A stretch of DNA of 64,000 nucleotides, taken from positions 10,240 through 74,239 of the forward strand of contig CAZOJQ010000006.1 in the NCBI GenBank assembly GCA_964580185.1. The letters run 5' to 3'. Each line of letters begins with the position of its first letter. Position 1 is the stretch's first letter. Origin of the DNA: an uncultured Thermotogaceae bacterium. Its GTDB lineage: Bacteria > Thermotogota > Thermotogae > MWEM01. Below, piece after piece: positions 36,788 to 46,479 of this stretch. The notes beneath the pieces are model-generated. The model made no database searches. It worked only from the letters and a program-made list of their open reading frames with translations, and had not been told where the DNA came from. The position numbers and the translations under genes were made by a program.

Positions 36788-37702
36788 CTATTCGTTGAAC
36801 CGATTCATCATATGATTCCGGGCTGTTTGATTTCCCATGGCCATACAACCCCCCCAAGAAGATCCTTGGGCTGCTTCTGCCAAAAAACCGCCGTTGAAGG
36901 AATCCCCTGCGCCCGTGGTATCGTGAGGGGTTGGATCAATTGGTTCTGTGGGCGTATACCACTTTTGATCCCTTGTAAACACAGCGGCCCCTTTTGATCC
37001 TTTTTTCAGTACAACTACCTCACATCCCACTTTCAAAACCTTTTGGGCAGCTTGCTCTTCATCACTGGTACCCGTTACCATTTCCAATTCCATTTCGTTT
37101 GGCATAAAGATTTCCACCGAAGGAAGGATCTCCCACAATCGTTCAGGAACCTGAATCACCGGAAGAGGTCCAGGATCCAAAGAAATACGCATCCCTCCCG
37201 TTTGAGCCTGTTGGACAATGGATTGGATCATTCGGAATTGATCGCTCTCAAGCAGCGAATACCCAGAGAGATGCAGAAGACCACCGGGCCCATTCCAACG
37301 ATTGAAGGAAGCGTCGAGTTCTGGAAGCGTTCCGGTCCCCCGGCAACTGTACATGGTCCTCTGCCCTTGCTCCGAAACCACAATGGTCATACTGCCCGTT
37401 TTGGATCCCGGAGATATCTCCAAACCTGGTAGATTACACCCCATACGCTCCAATTCTTCCCGAATCCAGCGTCCATAGAGGTCTTCGCCAATCTGGGAGA
37501 GCAAGGCTGTTGAACATCCCAACCGATGACACCATAGGGCGGTCGTAAACGAAGACCCCCCAACGCGAAAGAAGGAAGCCGCTTTCACTTCGCTTCCTTC
37601 CTTGGGATAGACAGGAACATATAGAAGAATATCGATCAACGTGTCTCCGACGACAACGACCTGGGGTCTCGGAGTTGAGAATGGTTCATTGCTCGGGTTC
37701 AT
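36788..37702 (-). CDS. psuK: PfkB-family carbohydrate kinase, probable pseudouridine kinase
   Basis: Ribokinase-like VVVVGDTLIDIL...GGSSFTTA and a C-terminal TGAGDSFNGGF anion hole, directly upstream of psuG. ATG 37702 after GAAGAAGG is preferred over 37762, which overlaps dus by 20 nt. Confidence 0.65.
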   Translation of the reverse strand: MNPSNEPFSTPRPQVVVVGDTLIDILLYVPVYPKEGSEVKAASFFRVGGSSFTTALWCHRLGCSTALLSQIGEDLYGRWIREELERMGCNLPGLEISPGSKTGSMTIVVSEQGQRTMYSCRGTGTLPELDASFNRWNGPGGLLHLSGYSLLESDQFRMIQSIVQQAQTGGMRISLDPGPLPVIQVPERLWEILPSVEIFMPNEMELEMVTGTSDEEQAAQKVLKVGCEVVVLKKGSKGAAVFTRDQKWYTPTEPIDPTPHDTTGAGDSFNGGFLAEAAQGSSWGGCMAMGNQTARNHMMNRFNE

Positions 37703-37742
37703 CCGTACCTTCTTCCCAAAAATGAATTTCCAAAGTATTATA

Positions 37743-38777
37743 TCACAACAATGGGAAGTCACTGCTCCCTTCGCGTCCGAAACCGAATTCCAACAGCCTG
37801 AGAAACCGATCCTGAAAGGTTTGCCAATCGGTCATACGCATCAATTCATTTCGTTCATGTCGGATATCCGAAAGAAACCGAGAATACGGGGCAACCCATT
37901 TTTTAAACTGGGCAAGTGCTCTACTCGCCCCATAGCTCTGGTCGGTCAATTGCATATGCCTTTGGACCGTTCGAATCCGTTCTTCGCTGGTGATCATCGA
38001 AGCGTCGCTTTCTTGAGCACCATTCTTCTGAGCGCCACTTCGCAACCCAGACCATTCTCCACAAAGGGCATGGGTCTGAGGGAATATCCAAGGATTTCCC
38101 ATCATTCCCCGGGCAAACAGAACTCCTTGTATCTTTGGATCTTGAAGACGGTCCACAGCCTGGTATACTGTAAAGACGTCCCCGCTCCAATGAATTGGGA
38201 TCCGCAGCGATGGAGAAAGCAGACGCAATGCAGCAAGATCGGCTTGGCCAGAATATCCTTGTTCGACGGTTCTTCCGTGAAGCGTAAACCAATCGGCTCC
38301 TTCCTCCTGAGCAATCATTCCGATTTCGGGGAAATTGATCACTTTTCTCCATCCAAGGCGGGTCTTGATCGATAAAGTCTTTTTGCAATCCGAAAGGATC
38401 GGGCGCATTTCTCGGATCATCCTCCGAATCCGTTCTGGATCGTTCATAAGGGCTGATCCGGATCCGGTTTTGATCACCTTCCGCACAGGACATCCCGCGT
38501 TGATGTCAAAACCGATTACTTTTGGGCATTGTTCCATGATTCGTACGCAAGCTTGCGCCATTGCTCTGGGTTCTGACCCAAACAGTTGGACCACTACCGC
38601 TTCATCCGATTTCGGAAGCATCTCAATTGTTCGCGTATTTCTCATGCAGACAGCTTTAGCGCTGATCATTTCCGTATAAATCAGCTGTGCGGAATCCCCT
38701 GCTACTTCTCTCACCAATTGCCGCCATGGATAGTCTGTAACCCCAGCCATAGGAGCGGATATAAGCATTGGCTTCAA
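37743..38777 (-). CDS. dus: tRNA-dihydrouridine synthase
   Basis: LISAPMAGVTDYPWRQL...NAGCPVRKV Dus FMN-binding TIM-barrel motifs. Start is TTG 38777 or ATG 38768. Confidence 0.9.
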   Translation of the reverse strand: MKPMLISAPMAGVTDYPWRQLVREVAGDSAQLIYTEMISAKAVCMRNTRTIEMLPKSDEAVVVQLFGSEPRAMAQACVRIMEQCPKVIGFDINAGCPVRKVIKTGSGSALMNDPERIRRMIREMRPILSDCKKTLSIKTRLGWRKVINFPEIGMIAQEEGADWFTLHGRTVEQGYSGQADLAALRLLSPSLRIPIHWSGDVFTVYQAVDRLQDPKIQGVLFARGMMGNPWIFPQTHALCGEWSGLRSGAQKNGAQESDASMITSEERIRTVQRHMQLTDQSYGASRALAQFKKWVAPYSRFLSDIRHERNELMRMTDWQTFQDRFLRLLEFGFGREGSSDFPLL

Positions 38778-39649
38778 TCCGATCCCTCAGATCTACTTCG
38801 ACTTTCTGCCCCGTGCCAGATCGGTTTATTGGGTGAGAAGGCCAAAAGAGAGGGAATGAACCGTTTGGGGAAGAACGAATGCTCCATTGCCCGATGCCCT
38901 CCGAACAATGCGATTGCTTTGGAGCTGCTTCCGGGGATTTGACACGCGATTTCCGAAAGGCGAACCGCTTCTTTTACAATCCACTCTTTTTCTATCTTTC
39001 GAATGATTCCATCGACAACGACCGCATCAAACAGGTCCCCTGCCCCAACAGTGTACGGCAACGCTTCTCCAGAACCCGCAACGGTGACCGCTCCCCACCG
39101 AGCTCCGAATGCCCCCATTTTGACGATGTCGCAGGATCTAGACCGGCATTCATCCTCATTTCCGATCCATAGAGTCGGCCGGTTGCCTTTTGGAGATTCC
39201 GCCATACCAAGCGGACCCCGATCCACAACCAAGCATTCCCACGGAACCTGAATGACTTCTGAAAAAACGGTATGGCTGATTTCGGTGGGAAGCGCCAACG
39301 CGAACGCGGATTGCGGTCCATCCACTTTTGGGAAGTTTTGAGCCTCTTTGGGCGGTATCCGCACGGATATGGCTTTTTGCATCTTTGAAACAAACAAACC
39401 TGTAGCCCCATCTGTCCATTGCAGACCGGATCGATCCATGCCCAGGGTTTCAAGGAAACGGGCGATTCCATGACCGGCTGAATCTGCCCCAACAACAGCG
39501 TGAAACCGCACACGATGGCCCAGGAAATGGAGGGCTGTCGCAATATTCAATCCGCTCCCTCCGGGCATATCCCAAATTTCCTTTGAATGGATCGTCCGAG
39601 ATTCAATGAACAGGTCCCAAAAAGCCGCGCCAAAAACATGAACATCCAC
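38774..39649 (-). CDS. PfkB-family sugar/nucleoside kinase (ribokinase-like)
   Basis: GGSGLNIATAL...AVVGADSAGHG and C-terminal GAGDLFDAVVVDG. GTG start overlapping the wecB stop by 1 nt. Confidence 0.7.
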   Translation of the reverse strand: MDVHVFGAAFWDLFIESRTIHSKEIWDMPGGSGLNIATALHFLGHRVRFHAVVGADSAGHGIARFLETLGMDRSGLQWTDGATGLFVSKMQKAISVRIPPKEAQNFPKVDGPQSAFALALPTEISHTVFSEVIQVPWECLVVDRGPLGMAESPKGNRPTLWIGNEDECRSRSCDIVKMGAFGARWGAVTVAGSGEALPYTVGAGDLFDAVVVDGIIRKIEKEWIVKEAVRLSEIACQIPGSSSKAIALFGGHRAMEHSFFPKRFIPSLLAFSPNKPIWHGAESRSRSEGSD

Positions 39650-40758
39650 TAGATCTGCTCCTTCAGGATTTGCGCGATCTGAATCGAAGCGGTTCCGTCT
39701 CCATACGGATTGCGCGCTTGGGCCATCCGCTCATATCGAGCCCGATTATGGATCAGTTCTACCGCATGTTCATAAACCCTTTCTTCGTCGGTGCCGACTA
39801 AGGAAACCGCTCCGGAAGATACGGCTTCAGGCCGTTCTGTGCAAGAACGAAGGAGCAACACCGGTTTCCCAAGCCAAGGCGCTTCTTCCTGGAGCCCGCC
39901 GGAATCGCTCATGATGAAAAGAGCCCCTTGCATCCACGCGACAAAATCAAAGTACCCTACAGGATCGGTCAAGCGAACACGGGGATGTTCCTCCAGGGCA
40001 GGCATTACGACTTCTCGCACTGCAGGATTGGGATGGACGGGAAAGAGCAGGTGCAGATCTTCGTTCTCATACAGAATGCGTTTCACCGCAGATATGACGG
40101 TTTTCATCGGGGTGCCCCAGTTTTCTCTTCGGTGCATGGTCATCAGAATGTAGGGTTTCCCGGAAAGCCCCAACGATTCTCGCTTTTTCTGCAACTGTTC
40201 CGAATATCGTGTAGTAACCCAAACCAAGGCATCGATCACGGTATTTCCGGTCAAGAAAATGGATTTGGGATCGATCCCTTCCTTTTGAAGATTATCGACT
40301 GCATTGAGTGTGGGCGCAAAATGAAGGGTAGCGATATGGGCCGTCAGCTTTCGATTGATCTCCTCAGGGAAGGGATTGGCTGGATCGTTGGAGCGCAACC
40401 CAGCTTCGACATGGCCCACAGGTATCCGGTGATAAAAGGCCGACAAGGCTCCAATCATACATGAAGTCGTGTCTCCATGGACCAAAATGGCATCCAATGG
40501 ATGGGCATTCAGCAGAAGGTCCAGTCGTTCCGCCAAACGGGCCGTTAATGCCCCCAAAGACTGGCGGGGTTCCATCACATCCAGATCATGATCGGCCTTT
40601 AGGTGAAACAAGCGTAAGACTTGATCCAACATCTCCCGATGCTGAGCGGTCGCGATCAGGCATGGCGTAATCCCCCGATCGACGAGCGCATGATATACGG
40701 GTGCCATTTTGACCGCATCCGGTCGCGTTCCGAATAGTAAACCCACTTTTTTTGCCAT
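39649..40758 (-). CDS. wecB: UDP-N-acetylglucosamine 2-epimerase (non-hydrolysing)
   Basis: KVGLLFGTRPDAVKMAPV...VHGDTTS...HVEAGLRS. ATG 40758 preceded by GAGGGGGG. Confidence 0.9.
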   Translation of the reverse strand: MAKKVGLLFGTRPDAVKMAPVYHALVDRGITPCLIATAQHREMLDQVLRLFHLKADHDLDVMEPRQSLGALTARLAERLDLLLNAHPLDAILVHGDTTSCMIGALSAFYHRIPVGHVEAGLRSNDPANPFPEEINRKLTAHIATLHFAPTLNAVDNLQKEGIDPKSIFLTGNTVIDALVWVTTRYSEQLQKKRESLGLSGKPYILMTMHRRENWGTPMKTVISAVKRILYENEDLHLLFPVHPNPAVREVVMPALEEHPRVRLTDPVGYFDFVAWMQGALFIMSDSGGLQEEAPWLGKPVLLLRSCTERPEAVSSGAVSLVGTDEERVYEHAVELIHNRARYERMAQARNPYGDGTASIQIAQILKEQI

Positions 40759-40824
40759 ATTCGCCCCCCTCAATCAGAAAAGGAAACAAAACCCCGCATT
40801 TGCCCCATCGAACAAAGATGGATA

Positions 40825-40833
40825 TGGTATAAT
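40825..40833 (+). promoter_or_regulatory. Extended -10 promoter element TGgTATAAT upstream of the HPP gene
   Basis: TG-n-TATAAT at 40825..40833, about 28 nt upstream of the GTG 40861 start, with GAGGTGG between them. No clear -35. Confidence 0.3.
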
Positions 40834-40860
40834 CGCTCATCCGCGCAGAGGTGGTCTGAC

Positions 40861-41364
40861 GTGAAATGGTTGGATGAGAAGTTTCTGAAACACCCCAAAC
40901 AATACCTGGGACAATCTCTGTTAATGATCATCAGTTTCTTTCTGATCCTGTTCGCCTTGGATCTCTTCACAGAGGGGATTGTTATCGCGTCCCTTGGAGC
41001 CAGCGGTTTTATTGCGTTCACTGGGCCTCATACCCATTCATCCCATCCTCGTTTTCTGGTGGGTGGATACCTTACGGGCATTTTCACTGCCTTTTTGTGT
41101 ACTCAACTTATAAACAGCCTTCGGATGGTCCCATTTGAAGCGCTTCATCAGAATGGAATCGCCCTTGCAGGAGCGCTGGCAGTTGGAGGATCGATGTTTC
41201 TGATGGTCGTCTTCAATACCGAACACCCCCCAGCCTCAGCGCTGGCATTGGGTTTGGTTATCGATGGGTTCCCACCCACGACCGCCTTGATTGCGTTCAT
41301 CACGATCGTCCTTCTCGCTCTCACCAAGCACATCCTCAAACCGTACATGATCAATCTGCTCTAA
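40861..41364 (+). CDS. HPP-family integral membrane protein
   Basis: Four TM helices with a conserved HPP motif (NTEHPPASALALG). GTG start. Confidence 0.7.
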   Translation: MKWLDEKFLKHPKQYLGQSLLMIISFFLILFALDLFTEGIVIASLGASGFIAFTGPHTHSSHPRFLVGGYLTGIFTAFLCTQLINSLRMVPFEALHQNGIALAGALAVGGSMFLMVVFNTEHPPASALALGLVIDGFPPTTALIAFITIVLLALTKHILKPYMINLL

Positions 41365-41502
41365 ATCCTCAATCATTATACCATTTTCCTCATTCGATGG
41401 GTATCGGTTCGATGTTTTGCAAAACCGATGCATTTGGATACGGATACGGAAGAAAAATGGGAGTAATTGATAGAGAAGGGGGAAATTCTCCGAAATCCTC
41501 GA

Positions 41503-41532
41503 TTGACAGCAAAGAGAAAACCAGGGTATAAT
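41503..41532 (+). promoter_or_regulatory. Sigma-70 promoter TTGACA-18-TATAAT for the Opp-type operon
   Basis: Perfect -35 (41503..41508) and -10 (41527..41532) hexamers. Leader of about 58 nt to ATG 41597 contains an imperfect inverted repeat aatacac...gtgtatc. Confidence 0.5.
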
Positions 41533-41596
41533 GTTATTACAAATACACGAGGATTTGCTTCTCTTTGTGTATCTATATTTCTTGGGAGGGAACGAG

Positions 41597-43345
41597 ATGA
41601 AAAGGTATGGAATGATTTTGGTATTGATCGTAGGCATTTTGCTCACATCATTCGCTGCAGAAATGAAAACTGTCGACCCTCGGCTTACACCCCAAACGCC
41701 CAACATGGGAGGAACATTGGTGCGGTCCTTTGCGAATTCTCCTCAATCCTTCAGTTTTTATGGCTCCTTGGACAACATCGCATATACCATCGCGGGACAA
41801 TTCCTTGATCCTCTCGTGGAGGCCAATCCCATCGATTACAGCTTGGAACCAGCTCTGGCGAAATCCTGGGATGTCTCCGACGACCAAAAAGTGGTCACCT
41901 TCCATCTTCGTGACGTAAAATGGTCCGATGGCACTCCCCTAACATCCGATGATGTCATTTTCACCTTTGAAGAATTTGTCATGAACCGATTTGCGGAAGG
42001 CAATTCCATCGACCGCTTTACGCTAGGCGGCCAAGCCATCACATGGGAAAAAGTTGACGACAAGACCCTGAAAGCGCATCTTCCCACTCCTTACGGTGCC
42101 TTCTATACTGTATTGTCGCATGTGTTGATCTACCCCAAACACATCCTTGCCGACAAGATCGATCCCAACGATCCCGGGTCCGTGAATCGACTCTGGACTA
42201 CCGACACACCATTGAACCAGATCGTAGGAACCGGACCTTTTGTGCTTAGCCAATACGTTGTCGATCAAAAAGTGGTCATGAAGAAAAACCCCAATTTCTG
42301 GAAACAAGACCAGTGGGGCAATCAACTGCCTTACGCCGATACGCTGGAATACCTGATCATAAGGGATCCGGAAGTCACCAATGCTAAGTTCATGGCCGGA
42401 GAACTCGTTGCCATGACGATTGCGGCCAGAGATTACCCAATGTTCAAACAGAGGGAGCTAGACGGTGCGCCTTTTGTTGTCTATCGCGCAGAACCGGTCA
42501 ACCCAACACCCAGCCCTGTCCATATCACTTTCAATCTGGATGCCACCAACCCCGAATTGCGGGATGTCTTCCGAAAGACCGAATTCCGTGCTGCCATGGA
42601 ATATGCCCTTGACCGGGAACGGATTATTGATGAAGTCTATAATACTTTGGCCGTTTTGGGCGGGGTTCCTGTCCTTCCTGCCAACGCTGGTTTCTACAAC
42701 CCCAACATTGAACAGCTTCGCCGGGGTTTCGATCTGAATCAAGCCAAAGCCCTTCTTGATTACCTGGGCCTTGTGGATCGGAACGGAGATGGCTGGCGCC
42801 AATTCCCATCGGGCAACCGCCTTAGTTTCGTGCTCATTACATCCACTGCCCAAGACTTTGTGGACATTGCGTACATTTTCTCCGAAAACCTCAAGAGCAT
42901 CGGGGTGGACTGTGTCATGCAGGTTATCGACGGCGCGTTGCGAAATCAGAGAGCTCTCGCCGGGGACTTCGAAGCCTGTCTGTGGGCCTTTGGAAATCAA
43001 CCCGACCCTCAGCTTCGCAAAGCCATCTGGCAACCGGGAAATCCCCTGTATTACAACCACCTCTCTACGATGCACGCAGAAACTCGGGCAGCCGTCTATG
43101 AAAACATGCTATATTGGGAAAAGATCGTCTTCCAGATGTTCGAATTGGGAGAGGCCGCTATGGATCCCGTCAAGAGGAAGATCTACTATGACATCTGGCA
43201 GGAACTCTATGCCGTTTACGTACCGTTCATCTTCGTGTGCAAAGGAATGGACCTTCTGGCAGTCGCGCGCAACATTGGCAACTACTACCAGCTTCCTGAG
43301 GGTATGATCGTCGGTACCAACTACACCATTTTTGTGAAGAATTAA
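41597..43345 (+). CDS. ABC transporter substrate-binding protein, family 5 (peptide/oligosaccharide/nickel)
   Basis: ATG 41597 after GGGAGGG. Signal peptide MKRYGMILVLIVGILLTSFAA. SBP_bac_5 architecture and length (582 aa). Confidence 0.85.
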   Translation: MKRYGMILVLIVGILLTSFAAEMKTVDPRLTPQTPNMGGTLVRSFANSPQSFSFYGSLDNIAYTIAGQFLDPLVEANPIDYSLEPALAKSWDVSDDQKVVTFHLRDVKWSDGTPLTSDDVIFTFEEFVMNRFAEGNSIDRFTLGGQAITWEKVDDKTLKAHLPTPYGAFYTVLSHVLIYPKHILADKIDPNDPGSVNRLWTTDTPLNQIVGTGPFVLSQYVVDQKVVMKKNPNFWKQDQWGNQLPYADTLEYLIIRDPEVTNAKFMAGELVAMTIAARDYPMFKQRELDGAPFVVYRAEPVNPTPSPVHITFNLDATNPELRDVFRKTEFRAAMEYALDRERIIDEVYNTLAVLGGVPVLPANAGFYNPNIEQLRRGFDLNQAKALLDYLGLVDRNGDGWRQFPSGNRLSFVLITSTAQDFVDIAYIFSENLKSIGVDCVMQVIDGALRNQRALAGDFEACLWAFGNQPDPQLRKAIWQPGNPLYYNHLSTMHAETRAAVYENMLYWEKIVFQMFELGEAAMDPVKRKIYYDIWQELYAVYVPFIFVCKGMDLLAVARNIGNYYQLPEGMIVGTNYTIFVKN

Positions 43346-43373
43346 TCATTATCCCCGATCAAGCTTGAAACAG

Positions 43374-43404
43374 GGCACACCCGCCCGAACGGGTGTGCCT
43401 TTTT
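43374..43404 (+). terminator. Strong intrinsic terminator between the SBP gene and the permease genes
   Basis: GGCACACCCG-cccgaa-CGGGTGTGCC 10-bp GC-rich stem followed by TTTTT. Confidence 0.75.
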
Positions 43405-43446
43405 GATTCCAAGGGTTCATCCGATTCCTCAAAAGGAGCGATCTTC

Positions 43447-44415
43447 ATGATATCCTTTATCATCCGAAGAATCCTGATCATGATTCCAATGATGTTCGTA
43501 ATCTCTTTGATCTGCTATATGGTCATCGAACTCCAACCCGGCGATTTTGCCTCCCAGTACCTGGAAAACCCCAGAGTCTCTCCTGAGCAGATCCGGTACA
43601 TCCGCGAGACGTATGGTCTAGATCAACCCCCGATCGTTCGGTATGGGATGTGGATTAAAGGAATCTTGACAGAATTGGATTTTGGATATTCCTTCTCTCA
43701 CAAAAGACCGGTGGCGGACCTGATTTGGGAACGAATGGGATGGACGGTGATGATCGCGCTTACTACCATTGTCATCTCTTGGCTCATCGCTCTTCCTGTG
43801 GGGATCTATTCGGCGCTGAAACCGTACTCTCCTACAGACTATGCATTCACAACTGTCGGATTTCTGGGAATCTCTTTCCCCGAATTTTTTCTGGCGTTGA
43901 TTTTAATGTTCATTGCGCTTCAATCCGGAGCAACCTCTGTTGGTGGACTATTTTCCTCCCAATTTATCGGCGCGCCATGGAGTTGGGCTAAGTTTGTGGA
44001 CCTGCTCCAACACCTATGGATGCCCTTGATTGTTATCGGGTTTTCTGGGTGGGCTGGATTGATGCGGGTGATGCGCGGGAATATGCTCGACATGCTGGGC
44101 TCTCCCTTTGTCAATTCCTTACGCGCTCGAGGACTTCCCGAAAAACGTGTTCGGGCTCATGTGATCAAGAACGCGCTGAACCCTATGGTCAGCATCGCAG
44201 GGATGGAGCTCCCGAATATTTTCTCCGGAACCGTTATCGCTTCGATTGTTCTGAATCTGCCAACTATGGGCCCTTTTTTCTACGACTCGCTCAGAAGCCA
44301 GGACCAATACCTGGTAATGAGCTTTTTGATGTTTATCGCCATTATCGCACAGATCGGGAACCTTCTGGCCGATATCGCCCTGGCCCTTCTGGACCCGAGA
44401 ATCCGGATGAGTTAG
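43447..44415 (+). CDS. ABC permease, OppB/DppB-type
   Basis: AAGGAG 8 nt before ATG 43447. N-terminal MISFIIRRILIMIPMMFVISLI typical of OppB. EAA-loop region. Confidence 0.85.
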   Translation: MISFIIRRILIMIPMMFVISLICYMVIELQPGDFASQYLENPRVSPEQIRYIRETYGLDQPPIVRYGMWIKGILTELDFGYSFSHKRPVADLIWERMGWTVMIALTTIVISWLIALPVGIYSALKPYSPTDYAFTTVGFLGISFPEFFLALILMFIALQSGATSVGGLFSSQFIGAPWSWAKFVDLLQHLWMPLIVIGFSGWAGLMRVMRGNMLDMLGSPFVNSLRARGLPEKRVRAHVIKNALNPMVSIAGMELPNIFSGTVIASIVLNLPTMGPFFYDSLRSQDQYLVMSFLMFIAIIAQIGNLLADIALALLDPRIRMS

Positions 44416-44425
44416 GGGGTGGATC

Positions 44426-45514
44426 ATGGCGACACAAACAACCATTCGAGCTAAGAAAGCCTTTTTCAAGCACAAACTCGCGTTTATTGGATTGATCATC
44501 TTGGGGCTTCTCTACCTTATGGTGATCTTCGCGGATTTTATCGCGCCATACAACTATACCGCGACGCATCGTGATTTTCTCAATGTCCCACCCACCCAGA
44601 TCCATTGGTTCCACGAAGGAACATTCATGGGTCCGTTTATCTATGGAATGAAACGGGTACGGGATCCGGTCACCTTTGGCTGGAAGCAGGAGGTTGATCC
44701 CTCCAAGATTTACCCCATTCGCCTTTTTGCGAAAGGGCAACCCTATAAGTTCTGGGGGTTGTGGGAAACCGATATCCATTTGTTTGGGGTTGGACCAGAC
44801 GCGACCGCCCCTCTCTTCCTTTTTGGAGGAGATCGCCTCGGTCGGGATGTTTTTTCCCGAACCGTAATCGGGAGCCGCGTATCCATGACAGCCGGACTCC
44901 TGGGGACATTTATTGCTGTCTTTCTGGGAGCCATCATCGGTTCGGTTTCCGGGTATTTCGGGGGATGGATCGATGTTGGTATCCAGCGCTTTATCGAGGT
45001 CTTGCGGTCCTTTCCAAGAATCCCCCTATGGTTGGCGTTGGCCATGATTCTGCCCCCCCAGTGGCCCAGTACTTCTGTGTATTTCGGTATTGTGATCGTC
45101 CTCTCTTTTATCGGGTGGATGGGGGTTGCCCGAGTGATCCGTGGAATGGTGTTGAGCTTGAGGGAGAAGGAGTATGTCTTGGCGGCCAAAGTAATCGGCC
45201 AATCCGATATGAAAATCATCGTCAAGCATTTGGTGCCGAACACTGCCACCTATTTAGTGGTTGTATCGACACTCTCCATTCCGGGCATGATCCTCGGGGA
45301 GAGCGCCATCAGTTTTCTGGGGTTGGGAATCAAGGAACCCATGACGAGTTGGGGGTTGCTTCTCAGCCAAGCCCAATCGTTGACCGTAATCCAGAACTAT
45401 CCTTGGCAAATGATTCCGGGAATCTTCATCGTGGTTACTGTGATGTGCTTCAACTTCGTGGGTGATGCGCTACGAGATGCTTTTGACCCGTACAGGACGG
45501 TGGAAAAGGTATGA
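44426..45514 (+). CDS. ABC permease, OppC/DppC-type
   Basis: GGGGGTGG SD. Long N-terminal periplasmic extension, then a BPD_transp_1 core. Confidence 0.85.
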   Translation: MATQTTIRAKKAFFKHKLAFIGLIILGLLYLMVIFADFIAPYNYTATHRDFLNVPPTQIHWFHEGTFMGPFIYGMKRVRDPVTFGWKQEVDPSKIYPIRLFAKGQPYKFWGLWETDIHLFGVGPDATAPLFLFGGDRLGRDVFSRTVIGSRVSMTAGLLGTFIAVFLGAIIGSVSGYFGGWIDVGIQRFIEVLRSFPRIPLWLALAMILPPQWPSTSVYFGIVIVLSFIGWMGVARVIRGMVLSLREKEYVLAAKVIGQSDMKIIVKHLVPNTATYLVVVSTLSIPGMILGESAISFLGLGIKEPMTSWGLLLSQAQSLTVIQNYPWQMIPGIFIVVTVMCFNFVGDALRDAFDPYRTVEKV

Positions 45515-46479
45515 TTCAAGTCAATCATCTCAAAACCTGGTTCAAAACAGACGAAGGCATGGTCAAAGCCGTGGACGACATCAGCTTTACCCTCAATCAG
45601 ACCGAGGTCTTGGCCTTGGTTGGAGAATCGGGTTGCGGGAAAAGCGTGACCGTGCTTACGTTGATGGGCCTGGTCAAATCACCCCCCGCCAAGATTGAGG
45701 GGGAGATTCTATACAAAGGCCGAAACTTGCGCAATCTATCCAAAGAAGAGTATCGACATATGCGGGGCAAAGAATTCGGGATGATCTTTCAAGAACCGAT
45801 GAGCTCCTTCGATCCATTATACACCATCGGAGATCAGATGACCGAAGCCCTTCGCGTTCATTATCCAATCACCGAATCCGAAGCAAAAAAACAAGCCATT
45901 GAAATGCTCCAGAAGGTGGGGATCCCGGAAGCCAAGCGAAGGGCCAACGAGTATCCACACCAGATGAGCGGCGGAATGCTCCAACGGGTGATGATCGCCC
46001 TCACCCTATCTCTCGAACCCAACATCCTGATCGCGGACGAACCCAGTACTGCTTTGGATGTGACGATCCAGGCGCAAGTCTTGTCCTTGATGAAAAAACT
46101 CCAAAAGGAAACGGGCACTTCGATCCTCTTCATCACCCATGACCTTGGCGTGGTTGCCGAGGTGGCGGACCGGATCCATGTCATGTATGCCGGATGGATC
46201 GTGGAGAAAGCAACGGTGGTTGAGCTGTTCAAGCGTCCCCTTCATCCGTATACTCAAGGACTTCTCAAATCGCGGGTTCAACGGGAGTATAAAGGGAAGA
46301 CCCTCCCATTCATCCCCGGTTACGTCCCTCGAGCGTACGAGTTTCCAGAAGGATGCCGTTTTCACCCTCGATGCCCTAAGACCATGGATATATGCGCGAA
46401 GACAGCCCCGCCTGCATTTGAACCGCTTTTTGGCCGAGAAGTGAAATGCTGGTTGTATGAAAAGGGGGATATCCAATGA
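45511..46479 (+). CDS. ABC ATP-binding protein, OppD/DppD-type
   Basis: Walker A GESGCGKSVT, signature MSGGMLQRVMIAL, and a C-terminal oligopeptide-transporter extension with Cys. ATGA overlap. Confidence 0.9.
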   Translation: MIQVNHLKTWFKTDEGMVKAVDDISFTLNQTEVLALVGESGCGKSVTVLTLMGLVKSPPAKIEGEILYKGRNLRNLSKEEYRHMRGKEFGMIFQEPMSSFDPLYTIGDQMTEALRVHYPITESEAKKQAIEMLQKVGIPEAKRRANEYPHQMSGGMLQRVMIALTLSLEPNILIADEPSTALDVTIQAQVLSLMKKLQKETGTSILFITHDLGVVAEVADRIHVMYAGWIVEKATVVELFKRPLHPYTQGLLKSRVQREYKGKTLPFIPGYVPRAYEFPEGCRFHPRCPKTMDICAKTAPPAFEPLFGREVKCWLYEKGDIQ

